A DNA stretch of 64,000 bases from Paraspadella gotoi (taxonomy: Eukaryota > Animalia > Chaetognatha), in the NCBI GenBank assembly GCA_051294375.1, contig CM119270.1:7488671-7552670 (forward strand), given 5' to 3'. Of the stretch, positions 23,943-36,369 are shown piece by piece (the stretch's first letter is position 1; the number at the start of each line of letters is the position of its first letter). The position numbers and the translations under genes were made by a program. The notes beneath the pieces were generated by a model. That model saw only the letters and a program-made list of their open reading frames with translations. It made no database searches and was not told the DNA's origin.

Positions 23943-26900
23943 CTGTGGGGAGGTGAGAAACAACACTTTTTTTGCATTTATTACGTATTACAGGTTTAGT
24001 ATATCTTAGAAATATTATGATATTGTTTGCCTTGAAATTTTTGGCAGATGAACCTGTTCAGTAATTCGATGGGAAGAACAACCCAAGCATATTTGATGAA
24101 GAAATATGCATTAAAGCGAGCGAAACTCGCAAAGAGAGAGAGAATTAGACAGAAATTGTTTCCAAATTTTAAGTTGAAAGCGCCACTAAAAATAATATGT
24201 ATGATATAAATGAATAAAATACGTATGTGAATATAAAAATATAGATAAAATATCATCGGTTCTTTCCTATAATTTTGTGGCAATTACCTAAATTGAAACA
24301 TCACAAATTCGGCCAAAGTCCCTGTGGCAATGGCCAACCCCATCTGCTCTTGCGAGGCATGCAATACGGTTTCAAGATAAAGTTCTTGGTAACAGGCCAA
24401 GTATGAGGACACACCACCGCTTATCAGTATTACGAACAGAAAGGTAAGCACTCGCCAGTTACGAAGCAGTATCAATAACTGCTGATTAGAAGATAACGTT
24501 ATAGCAAGAACTTCATTGCTTGTCTCGGTTCTTGTCTCGGATGAAAAGTCCTCCGCGATTGAATCATTTAAGAGTGGAGGAGATATTGGTTCTGAAGAAA
24601 TGAGAAAATCAAGAGAGACATTTTTTTTTACCTAAATCTTAGTGCTTTAACAGCAAAAAAAAAAAAACTTTATTATATGAAATTGGTACAACCAATATAT
24701 TACAGATTAGAATACATGTTACCTTATTCACTTTTTTTGTTTGAATATTGTTTATGTCATAATTTTGACAATTTTTTTTAACTTTTCAAAGATAATAAAG
24801 TGGCCATTGGACGAAATATAAAAGATGCTCAAATTCGTAGGTATATACTGCAGTACTTTCCTACCTTCATCACTGGATGGAATTTTGAGTAACACGATGC
24901 AAATTATTACGGGAATCGTAAATGCGGCTGACAAATGAATGCGGAGCCAAAAGGAATTTGAAATTGGTCCCAGATTATTCATTCCTGCAAGATATTGGTT
25001 TTAAATTGTCAATTCTATTTTAGTCGGAACATCAAATTATGATAAATTATGCAAAAAAAAAAAAAATTATGTCGGTCCGTCTGTCTGTCTGTCTGTTTGA
25101 GTGACCGTCCCACCTTATCAAAAAACTGCAATTACTCGTGATTGGATGGATTGAATGTCCCACTAATTAAAATGAAAGTCACGTTTAAAAGCAACCTACC
25201 GAATCCAGCAACGGCAGAAAAAATCATGAAGCCAAAGGTTCCCCACATTCGTTGTCTTCCATAGTTTTGGGCCAACTCTGAACCCAGAACTTTAAATGTG
25301 AAGGAATCTATCAATGCCTGTGATGGAGTTCCCAAAGCTGTTAAGGATACAATGATCACCAGAGTTGCCCAAAAGGTGGCATCGACTGAAGAGCTGGTTG
25401 GAGCAGAAGTAGAGAGAAACTTGGTCGAGTTGTCGGCATGATGAAAGTGATCCACTATTTGAAAACACTCATACACTGCGATGCGTAGCACAAGACAAAA
25501 ACCCAACACTACCTTGATGGATAAATTTAGTTTAAATATATATATTCATATACTATATTATATATAAATTTATAAATTGTATACGTGTAATGTCAAAGTT
25601 TAATTATTTGTTTGCGCAACAAAAATTATATATGTATATGTATTAGAGCGTTCAAATATAACAAAATATAAGATATTAAATTCCATTCATAATTATTTTA
25701 CTGTAATAAGGTCTTAAAAATTCTATGGTGATGACCATTTTTTTGTATAATTTCATCTTTCTTGTCGGATATGACGATTTTTAATGTATATAACATGTTA
25801 ATAAAATAGGGCAAACATTATAAGTTATGATAAATCAAATTATTAAATTTTTCAAAAATTTACATGAGCTTTTGAAATATAAAAATAAAGACCTATAAAA
25901 ATATTTTGGTAAATTTATTTCTCAATTTTATGTTTTATTAAAAGTAAGTTAGCTATATTTATTAATAATTATAATTAAAAATTAGGCTAAAGTTAAAAAA
26001 TAATAATTTAAAAATTTGTATCCCGGAATCGCATTCCTTGCAAAAAGTTGATATAAGAAAATATAATTTTTATTGAAAAATTATGCCATTAAGTTAGTCA
26101 AAATTTAGAAAAACTATAATTTTAAGCCAAAAATGGTAAAATTAAACAAAAATAATAGTTTTTAACATTTTTAACCAACTTAATGAAAGAATTTGTTAAA
26201 ATAGATTTTACTTTCTTATATCAACTTATTGCAAGGAATTCAAATCTGGTTTTATAATTTCAAAATATTTATTTTTTCACTTTAGCCTATTTTTAACTAC
26301 TAATTATTAATAAATATAGCTAACAAGCTGTTAATAAAATATAAAATTTTTAAATAAACTTACCAAAATATTTTTATGGGTCTTTATTTTCATATTATAT
26401 AAGCTAAATATGAATTTTATAAAATTTTAATAATTTTAGTTTCTCATACTCTACAATGGTTGCGCCATTTTAATAGCAACTTATATGCTTCAAAAATCGT
26501 CATTGGCGACAAGGAAGATGAAACTATACCAAAAAATGGTTATCATCATCGAATTCTTCAGACCTTATTACATTAAAACAATAATGAATGAAATTAAATA
26601 TCTTATATTTTGTTATCTTTGAACGCTCTAATATGTATGTAGGTAAACATATTATATATAATATAATTAAGAAACAAGTCATATGAAAACTAATATCCAA
26701 CCTTATGATGGCCGATTCGATCTGTCAAAAATGTTACCAAGGGACAAGTTACCAAACCAAAAAATGGGGATATTCCAAATATGATGGCAGTTTTGTCAGA
26801 ATCGATCTTCAACCTTTCCAACAAATAGTTAGCAAAATAAGGATCTGAGAATGCGACAGTTGAGAAGAAGAAGAAGTAAATGAGTTTGTTGAGGATGAGG

Positions 26901-27347
26901 TCGTATTTGTTGTGTCTTCCCTAAAATTAATATAATATAATTTGTGAATCGATCGGTCGGTCGGTCCGTTTGTCCGTCGGTCAGTTACACTTCCACTTAA
27001 GTGCTCATAACTCGTAAAACTAAGATTTTTGATTCATTCTGAGCAGATATCTTTGCGCATGCGTTTCCTGTGATCACTAGGAAATGCGTTCGACCAGAAA
27101 GTTAATGGAAAGAACTCATGTGATACTGAGCCATACAAGTTATCATTTGATGGGCAGGATATGTACTATGAGACATTGAGACACATTGAGTAACAAAGCG
27201 TAGTAAAAATTGTAACATGTTGCGAATAAACAATTTCAATGATATATTTATTTATTTCGTGCTTACCGAAGATGTTCCTCTGAATTCTGGGCTTTCAATC
27301 CCTGTGATTTCGTCATTTCGTCCTTGAATAATATCATGGTCGCCCAT
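23645..27347 (-). CDS. MFSD6-like: Major facilitator superfamily transporter, MFSD6-like. 7 coding exons: 27347-27267, 26920-26702, 25512-25200, 24984-24865, 24591-24288, 24185-24054, 23942-23645 (1467 nt, ~488 aa)
   Basis: Manual splicing gives GT..AG introns with consistent phases (0,0,1,1,2,2) and one open frame. It carries MFSD6/MFS_1_like motifs: LILNKLIYFFFFS...PYF, FGISPFFGLVTCPLVTFLTDRIGHHK, NYGRQRMWGTFGF, WVVLPIELLNSLTFALSWA..SY, GATLQGL. There are many hydrophobic segments and a polar central loop. Confidence 0.9.
24054..24185 (-). CDS. MFS gene exon 6 (…AWVVLPIELLN)
   Basis: tttttag|TGG acceptor and AG|gttcat donor (weak); 132 nt, phase 2-2. Confidence 0.85.
24288..24591 (-). CDS. 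MFS gene exon 5 (central loop and following TM segments)
   Basis: tttcttcag|AA acceptor and AG|gtaatt donor; overlaps ORF 24284..24475. Confidence 0.88.
24865..24984 (-). CDS. MFS gene exon 4
   Basis: ttgcag|GA acceptor and G|gtagga donor; 120 nt, phase 1-1; hydrophobic segment. Confidence 0.85.
25200..25512 (-). CDS. MFS gene exon 3 (contains YGRQRMWGTFGF)
   Basis: catcaag|GTA acceptor and G|gtaggt donor; overlaps ORF 25132..25509. Confidence 0.9.
25644..26630. mobile_element. Non-autonomous hAT-type foldback element/MITE (987 bp) in intron 2 of the MFS gene
   Basis: Termini TAGAGCGTTCAAA…TTTGAACGCTCTA with a perfect 8-bp TSD ATATGTAT (25636-25643 and 26631-26638). Inverted similarity extends ~480 bp per arm to a short centre near 26125-26150. 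Confidence 0.88.
26702..26920 (-). CDS. MFS gene exon 2 (TM1-TM2, ends TDRIGHHK)
   Basis: tttag|GGA acceptor and AAG|gttgga donor. 219 nt open frame with an MFSD6-like N-terminal motif; not shown in the ORF track. Confidence 0.88.
27267..27347 (-). CDS. MFS gene coding exon 1 (MGDHDIIQGRNDEITGIESPEFRGTSS)
   Basis: ATG at 27347 and a strong donor TCG|gtaagc. 81 nt, phase 0, in frame with exon 2. The start codon choice is tentative. Confidence 0.65.
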
Positions 27348-28049
27348 GATCCAGAAAGCTTTGGCGAGAATCAAAAGAGTCAAGTTTTGAGGCAATTTTG
27401 CTTTGGAAACAAAGTTAACATTTCGTCGCCCGCAAGCTGTTTTGAACAAGGAACCGGTTTGTTTTTTTTTCGGATTCTTTCAACTGTTTGTCCGAGTTAT
27501 TCTCATTGGTTTCGCTGAATCGATTTTGGACTGACTTCGATCCGACAGACTCGCGTTTACTTAGAATATACTCTTTTGCGTTTGTTCTTATTAAGTCATC
27601 GGGTTTTTAATTTACGAATTTTGTGTTTTGAAAAAAAAGTTTTTTTTTGCGGTTTTTAAATAATAGACCTTTATTTTGAAGATTTTTTGAATACTACGTT
27701 ACCCAATGAGAAATATCAAATCGGCATAAAAATGGAGTAAAAACACCTTTTTATTGGAATAAAAATGAATTACATAAAAAAAAAAAAAAAAAAAACAGAT
27801 ATAGAATTCCTGAAGTTAGATGATTCGACCAAGTCTATAAAAGAAAGTTAAACCAGAGTTTAGATTTCTATATGTCCAAGGTCCAATGTCCAATAAATTT
27901 TTTTACCAAAGAAAGCAATAATATTTAGAATTCTTTCGGTAAAGGAATTACCAAAGTCAATTAAATTAAGAACTAAAACTCTCTTTATAGTCGGTAACTC
28001 ATAAAATAAGACACATTGGCCTTTGATATTTCTGACACTCTTAGGGAGA

Positions 28050-28091
<42 letters not shown>

Positions 28092-28195
28092 TTCTCCTCT
28101 CTCTCTCTCTTCTCTCACTTTTTTCGCACGAACTCACTGCGCTCCTTTGATGTGAGGTCATCTCTCAACGCCTTTGAAATAAAGCTCTTCTCTTC

Positions 28196-28243
<48 letters not shown>

Positions 28244-30087
28244 ACGATCGCACGTGCGGAATTCGTTTCTTTCTGCTTCTTTTCTTTGAACTTTTCGTCA
28301 CCCTTTTGCAAAAACGACACTTTAGCCAAAGATTTTATAGATTGCTTGTATCGTTATTTTCTTCATTTTTTTGTCGAGCATATCTTTTTTGCTTTATATT
28401 AATATCTGTACTATCAATTAAGTAAATTAATTTAAAGTAAGTTAATTAATCTGATTCCTCTGCGTTGATATCATCAATTCATCACTCATTTAAAATCATA
28501 TTGTTCAAAAGCGCTTTATTTTCGCGCCTCAGCTATCTACCACTACGGTTTGTATTGCTTTCTTTTTTTTTATATATGTATCAATTTTACAAATACTCAA
28601 TTTCATTTCATCAGAAGCATTTTCGTTTATTTATAAATAAAACATCAACAATTTAATAACAATAACAGGAATCTGACTGTTCCGATATAACAAATAATAT
28701 TTTTTATACACGCGGATTTTTTAAAAAAAGTCGAAAAAGGGATAATTTTTTTGGCTACACAAGTATTCGTTTGTAACAAAACAGTTACTAAAAGTAAAAT
28801 ATTTATTTTCTACGAAATCGAGTGTCGGTCGTAGAGGTGACGATTAAATCAATAATGAAACAATTGATAAAATGAATATTTAATATAATAATATTGGAAT
28901 CTTCAGGAAAGGAGACTATTTTTGATTAAACTAATCAATCGTGTTAATTTTATTTTTACATTAATTTTTTTCTTAATCCGTCAGCCCATTCGATGCTTCG
29001 ACTTTCGATAAACCGACCATTACTACCGACGCTTTTTCTCTACTATATTTCAAAGTTTATTGTTTTAGTTTAATGAATATCGAATTTTGTTGAATACTGA
29101 TTAATCAAAACACGCACACGAGAAAAAAAATAGTAATGTTTCCGTCATCAATATGATGAAAAACGAAATTAAAAATAAATATACTTTTTTTTAGCGAAAA
29201 AGTGAAAAAATCGAAGAGAAAGAGAAAAAAAAAATATTTACAAAAGATTTTTTTTTTATTTTCCTGAAATTGAAAGAAAAATATGATGCGGCGACGACGA
29301 CGGCTGAAATTTGATGGCAATAACGGAATGGAAAGGGGGGCGGGCGAGGGGAAGTAGGCAAGGGACTTGGCGATACAGTTTACAACCTAAGAGGTAAGTC
29401 CTGAAAAATGACGTTAGAAATGAAATTATTTGATATCGGGACCAAAAGGCTTCTGGTCATTTGAGGTCATTTTTGTTCATCGTTGTCGAGATTTTGAGGG
29501 GGGAAAACTAATTCATGTCGAAACGACGACGACGACAACAAAACTAAATTGCAAATGGGGGGGGCGGTAGCGAGTTGGCGGGGGGGTGAGGGGACTGTTC
29601 AACCGTCTGCCGCAGTCGAGATGCTAAGTGGGTGCTTGTCCTTTTGTTTTTCCCCGAGTGAGAATCGGGTGAAATTCCGAGTGAAGTGACGGAGTTTAGT
29701 GATCACGTGATTAAAATATAATCACGAGACAAAGTGCCGCTCGCTCAGTTAATATCGTTAATTCATCGGCGGGAAAACAACACGGTAGAATTAAAGTACA
29801 ATGCGTGAAAATGGTCCATCATGAAGTAGAATTTTTTGAATGAATGAAATGAGGTACATATAATTTTTTTTTTTAAATTTCGGTATTTGGTGAAAGGAAA
29901 AAAACGCAGCGAAAATATTGCATTTAAGTACAATTTTAATTTTCGAATTAAATGAAACCTAACTATGAAATATCGTCAACTTTAAAAATATCCAATTAAA
30001 AATTAGGTTCAGATGATAATATTATAAAAGTATTTTTTTTTTCGTCATTGAAATACAACTTAAATGTCAAAATAGATTCTTTTCAAT

Positions 30088-30250
30088 CTCGGCTCTATAA
30101 GTAACTTTTCGGTCGGTCGGTCCGTCGGTATGTCTGTCCATCGGTATGTCTGTCCGTCGGTATGTCTGTCCGTCAGTCTGTCCCACTAACGTTAAAAATG
30201 CTTATAACTTGCCTATCAAATCTAAGCGACTACTGGCGCCGCTTTTTGTT
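30088..30250 (+). mobile_element. Helentron/DINE-1-like (HINE) non-autonomous fragment
   Basis: CTCTATAAG start, GTCY-type microsatellite (ggtcggtccgtc, tatgtctgtcc x3) and GCGACT…GCC…TTGTT end. Related GTCY fragments occur at ~25070-25156, ~26950-27030 and ~3478-3510. Confidence 0.55.
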
Positions 30251-30470
30251 TTTAAAGAAATTTTATAAACTATAAAGAATAAATTATATGATAAGTAAAA
30301 AAAAAAGTAATGCGGCGCAACACCTTGGAATAACCGTTCCTTGTTTTTTTTATTTTCTAACTCTTAAGGAGTAAATCGAAAATAGGATTCATGTTTTATT
30401 CATTTTTTCATTGTGTGTGTTTTTAATTTGCTAAATTTCAAAAATGGATGATGCGACGAGATGAATAGAT

Positions 30471-30530
<60 letters not shown>

Positions 30531-33489
30531 GAGGAGAGAGAGAGAGAGAGAGAGAGAGATTTATCACAGAGAAAATCACAAAGATGCCGCAGTTGAAGCC
30601 ACTTTTTCCGTTGCGGTTTTTTTTCGTCGGGTGGAGAGAGTGGGAAATAGGGTAAGGGCGGGTAAGGGAACGTCGCGAGAATGGTGAGGATCTCCAGGTG
30701 CAGAGAGCGAGGAGGCGTGGTGAAGATGGCGCGGGGGCGTGGCGAGATGGCGAGGGGGGGGTGGAGGGGAAGGCGGAAAGGAGAGCGTCCCTCATGCGGT
30801 CACGAGGTCAAGAGTGTCACGGGTTCACGGGTTCACTGGATCACGAGTTTGCGATGTCACGACGGATCACTGAGTCAGTGAGTCACCAGTCGGCGCTTTT
30901 TTTTGAGGTTAAAAACCGACGCCGGGAATGTTTTCGTCGTTGACGGAGACGGCGCCGCGAAATGGGCGCCGCCGACGACGTCAACCCCGATCGGCGTCGT
31001 TTGGCAAGGAAAGGCGGCGTCGCTCGCGATTCATCACCGCGTCGCGAAGTGACGCCGTGACGCGGCGATGATGACGACGACGGCGCCGAAAGTCCGTCTC
31101 CGAAGCGACGAAAAAGACGCCGACGATGATGACGACGCCGACGACGCCGCGCTGGATTCGCTCGACGAGGATGGATGGGAACACGAGCCTGATTGGATGG
31201 GGAATAGGGAAAGGGGAAGAGGGGAGCAGGTGGATGAGGGAAGGGGGGGAAGAGGGGGAAGGGAGGAAGGAGAACGATGAGGAAAGGGAAGAAGGGAGAA
31301 ATGGGGGTATGGGGAAGAGTGCGCGAAAGGGGAAGATGATGGAACGGGGGAAGGGAAGGGGAAGAGAGGGGAACGGGGGATTGGGAAGTGGGAGGGAGAA
31401 TGGGAAGGGGAAGAGAGGAAGGCGGGATGGGGAAGGGGAAAGGGGATGGGGAAGGAGAAGAGGGGAAGGGGAAGGAAAGAGAGAGAGAGAAGGGAAGGGA
31501 GGATGGGAAGAGGGGAAGGGAAACGGAGGGATGAGTGAAGAGGGAAGAATGAAGGCAGATGAGGAGCGGGTGATTGGGAACGGGAAAGTGGAGGGTTGTG
31601 GGGTGAAGGGGAAGGGATAGGATACAGGGTGATTTTTTATTTAATCGATTGATCGCTTTTAGTTAAATTTGTAGATGGTTTGTTTTCATTTTCATTTTAT
31701 TTTCATTTCTTTTGATCATCAGTTACTTGCTTGGCTATTTCCTATTGTTTTAAAAAAAAACAGTTGAATTGTTGTTGGCTCGCAAGTTGTTTTTGTCTAG
31801 TTTGTTATTTTAGTTTATTTCGTTTACAAACATAAAACGTTTGGGTTTCAGCTTAGTTAAGGTTTGGTCGTTCAATATTTTTGATTTCGCCTCGTTTAAA
31901 CCCGAGCTTAATTTTGTTTTGTTTATTTCTCGTTTCATCTGTGTTTACGTTGGGTCAATGTTTTTTATTTTGTTGTTTCTGTCCGCTTGGGGAGGAACGC
32001 GTGACCGCGGTCAAAGAACCGCGTTGAGTGGAGAGAGAGAGAGAGAAGCTCGAGAGAAAGAAAAAGTGACGTGAGAGAGAGAGAGAGACAATTTTACTGA
32101 GAAAATAAATTTTAGAGAGTAGGAAAACAACTGCTAAATATTAGATAATGATTGTGTAAGACTTCCTTTTCAAACAACTTGTTTTTTTTTTAAAATAATG
32201 ATTAAAGAAAATATTTAATGAAGAATAAATTTAAAATTAACTTCGAAGTATAAGCAAATAGTATGATTTAAGAAAGAAGGAAAATAATATTTTTTTAAAC
32301 AACAAAAATACACAACAAACGAATGATCAGTTGTGAAAATTACAGAAACTTCTGCGGACGAACTTGAGTCAGTGACCTCGTAATCAGTCGTAATCCGTTT
32401 CTTGTTGTTTTTTCTCTTAACGAATCCTTTGTTTTTCTTGGCGAAGGATTTCCCGCCTTTTGTTTCAGTCTTTCCGCTTTTCCTATTACAGTTCTTTCTT
32501 GCTTTCCCTGTCTCGCTTGTCCTTAATCTTGCTTTTCTCATTTTTACTTTATTTGCTTTCTTTCCTGCCAACCTTTCTTCCCTCCTTCCTTCCTTCCTCC
32601 TCCTTCCTTCCTTCCTGTCCTTCCTTCCTTCCTTCCTTTCTTCCTTCCTTCCCTCCTTCCCTCCTTCCTTTCTTCCTTCCTTCTTCCTTCTTTCTTCATT
32701 TCTTCTTATCTACCTTTCTTCCTTCCACTCTTTTCATTCAAACTTTTCTTAATCAAAAAAACATTAACTAATTATTTAATGAATACAAAAATCTATACTT
32801 AATAATCTCTTCGTCAATCTTTCGATAATCACCTTTTCTGGCGAGGCTGTATGTGAAGAGAAATTCAACGGTCGCTGACGACGACGGACGTACGACGACG
32901 ACTTGAATCGCCGTCGAAGCGGAATCCTCGCTCTAGAGTGTCCGCTTCTCCTCGCATCCGCTTCTACCGCCGCCGGCCGCGCGACACTCTGGCTGCCGGC
33001 GTGACGTGAGTAAGAAAAATGCCCTGCAGAGAGGAAAAATGAGAGAGAGGAGAAAAGAGGGAGGAGAGAGGGAGGAAAACGGAGAGGAGAAGAGAGGAAA
33101 TGAGAGAGAGGAGAAAAGAGGGAGATAGAGAGGGAGGAGAACGGAGAGAGAGGAGAGGAAATGAGAGAGAGAGAAAAGAGGGAGAGATAGGGAGGAGAAT
33201 GGAGAGAGAAAGAGGAAATGAGAGAGATGGAGAAAACGAGGGAGAGAGAGGGAGGAAACGGAGAGAGAAGAGAGAGAAAATGACGAAGGAAGTTAAGGAC
33301 AAAAAGAAGTACGACGAGAGCAGGGTTGAAAAAAGGAAAGGTGGTAAATGGGGAATGGGGAGTGCAGGATAGAAAAAAAAAACGAAGAGAATAAGAGTGA
33401 TCGAGAGGAGAGTGATTTTTCTTTTGATGAAAATTGATTTCCTTACGTTTTCATGGGCAGAAAAAAAAGGGAGAGAGGAGGAGGAGAGG

Positions 33490-33528
<39 letters not shown>

Positions 33529-34175
33529 GAGAGAGAGAGAGAGAGAGAGAGAAGTGAGAGAGAGAGGGCTGGCCGGTTGTCCCAGTAGCCACTATCTCGA
33601 CTCTAGGAGGCGACAAAGCCGCTTTTGTGTCCCGCTATTTTCCTTTTCATTGCCTCCCCCCCTCCGTCCCTCCTCCTCCCTCCTCTCCTCCTCCTCCTCG
33701 CTCTTCGATTTCGATTTTCGTTTTAATTTAATTTAATTTGTTCCAAATTGAAATAGTGGCCATCTTTTAAATTGAAATGGGAACGTTACTGTTTAATAGA
33801 ATGAGCCACAAAAACTTCAACAAAAACCCAGTTTACGAAACGACCCAAAAATAGTGACTTCGGAGACTCACCCTATTTGGAGTCGTAGCGATGGTGAGGG
33901 CGTAGCAATAAGTGCTGAACTTCGGTGTCCGACTTCGCGATGAGGAATGTGATGTCGTTCCTCCATCCAGTGACCGAGGCAAGTATTTCGGTTCACTGGG
34001 GAGAGGAGGGGAGGGGGTGAGTTAATGGGGGAGAGTTAGATAGAGAAGGAATGAAGAAATAGGAAAATAAAATGACAATTAGGCATAATAAATTGAATAT
34101 AAACTAAATTTTTGCGTAACTTTTAAATTTGCGCTCTCTCTCGCTCGTCTCCTCTCTCTCTCTCTCTTCTCTCTC

Positions 34176-34235
<60 letters not shown>

Positions 34236-36318
34236 CTCTCTCGGGTCAAATGCAAAATCGGGTCAACTATGACTCGACAGTTTTCTCCGACTCTTGCTTC
34301 CTGCTGCAGACTTCCGGTCACTTTTTCCTCATCGATTTCCTTTTCTCCTTTCTCGCTTCCTCCCTTTCTCGCTCTCCTCCGGTCCTCGGTGAATTTTTTC
34401 TCAGTTTGTCTTTTGTTTCCTTGTTTCTTTTCCGGCTTTTTATTAATCACTCATCCATTTTTATTTTTTTCTAGAATTCCCTTAACGTATAATGGATATT
34501 TTTTCTATAATACTTCTATAATCCTTTTTCATCTTCGTTTCTGTATTTTCTTTTTTTTAGTTCCTAATATTCCTTCTCATCTTCTCTCATCATTATTATT
34601 TCTCTTTTTTTCCTTCTTTCTCTCTTCCTCTCTCTCTCCTCCTTCCTTTCCTTTTTCCTTCCTTTCCTTCCTTTTCCTTTCCTTCCTTTCCTTTCCTTTC
34701 CTTTCCTTTCTTTTCCGCTTTTTAGTCCTTTCTTTATTTTTTCATTATCCTTCTTTTCTATCCTTTCTTTTTTTTTCTCTTTTTTTTTCCTTTCTTCTTT
34801 CTTCCTTTCCTCTCCTCCCTCTCTTCCTTTCCTCAACTCTATTCCCCGGAATTGCCACATCCCGTCGTCCCAAAATGGCGGTCGGGGTCGTGATTCCATT
34901 TATTCCATTCGTCTCGGACTCGCATCTCTCTCTTTTTCTTCCTCCTCTTCCTCCACCGACCCACAGAGACCCATTTTTTTCCATCAAGCAGTCGCCATCT
35001 TTTACATTATGCGACTCTTCGACTATTCCCTTTATATCCCCCCCTCTTTCCTTTCGCGAATATTTTCCCTCCGTCCCCCCCTCCCCTTAAACACTCACTT
35101 TCTCTCCCATCCTCGCGGGAGAGGCAGGAGGACGAGACTTTGATCTTGGTCCTCTCCTCGCAACTGGCAGCCATGGTCACTGATGCTTTCGGCCTGCTAG
35201 CAGTTGGTCGGTGGCGGGCCAAAAGCGCGCCTCCCGCCGTCGACGTCGGACGGTAGGAGGAGGAGGAGGAGTTCGGAGAGATCGAAAAGGCCGGAGAGTG
35301 GCAGGATGGAGGGGGGAGTGCGATGGCACCTGGGGGGAGGAGAGATGGGGGAGGGGTTGATTAATGAAGGGAGTGGGGTCAGGTGGGAAGTAGTGGGGAA
35401 GCATTTCAAGATGCTCACGTTTTTTTTTATTCACTTTATGAGACAGTTTGGTTAACAGCGGGATACGGTATTTCGACTTTCTCTTTTTTCTAGGTCTTTT
35501 CTTTTTAACGCAATTCAACATTTTAAATTTAACTGACAAGTTGCGAACAGCAATTTTATCCTTCTGCTTTAGGTTCACTTTTTGCTTTTGTCCATTTTAA
35601 TTTTTTGTTCCATTTCTTCTTTATTTTGCCTTCATCGATCTATTCCCCGTCTTTTTTTCCTCGTTCTCAAAATAATGGAATCGATTATCGAACGAAGGAC
35701 ATCGAGTGACGGTCAAACATGTCAGAAACGCGACGGCGAGGATGACGTTAAGTGGCGTATCAACGCCGTAAAAATTGACCCGTCACCTCGACGACGTCTA
35801 TCGAACGACGTCGGACAATGACATGATTCAAAAATGTAGAAAAGAAGAAAAAATAAGTCCCTTGCTGTTGCAAGCAATTCTGTCTCTTTGCTTGCTTGCG
35901 TTGCTTGATTGATTGATTCATCGTCTTATTATAGTTTTAATATAATTTTGAGTTCCCTCTTTTCTTTTATTCTTTGTGTTGAACCATTTTCAGTTTGTAA
36001 ATTTCACTTTTTCTCTCCATCTTTTTTTATTCAACGCCTTTTTTGCCTTCCGACTTCCAAGTGGGCGTTTTCATTTTTCGCCAATGACGCTCATCGCCAG
36101 AGTTGCCAATGGTCAGCGGCTGAGTCGTTGCTGGCGTCGTCTTCGTCGTTATCGTCGTCGTTATGTCGTCGTTGCTCTCATCTTCCTCGTAATCATCGTC
36201 GGCGATACAACTCGGTCACACGTGGTTCTTCTCCTATATTTCCCCGCTTTACCTTCCCAGCATTTGGCCAAACGGCCATTTCGCCTCTTTTCTCTTCTTC
36301 TCTCTCTCTTCTCTCTCT

Positions 36319-36369
<51 letters not shown>

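Noticed and set aside
34233-35090. 285-aa hydrophobic ORF as a membrane protein
   Set aside because: The F/L/S composition comes from a pyrimidine-rich low-complexity tract.
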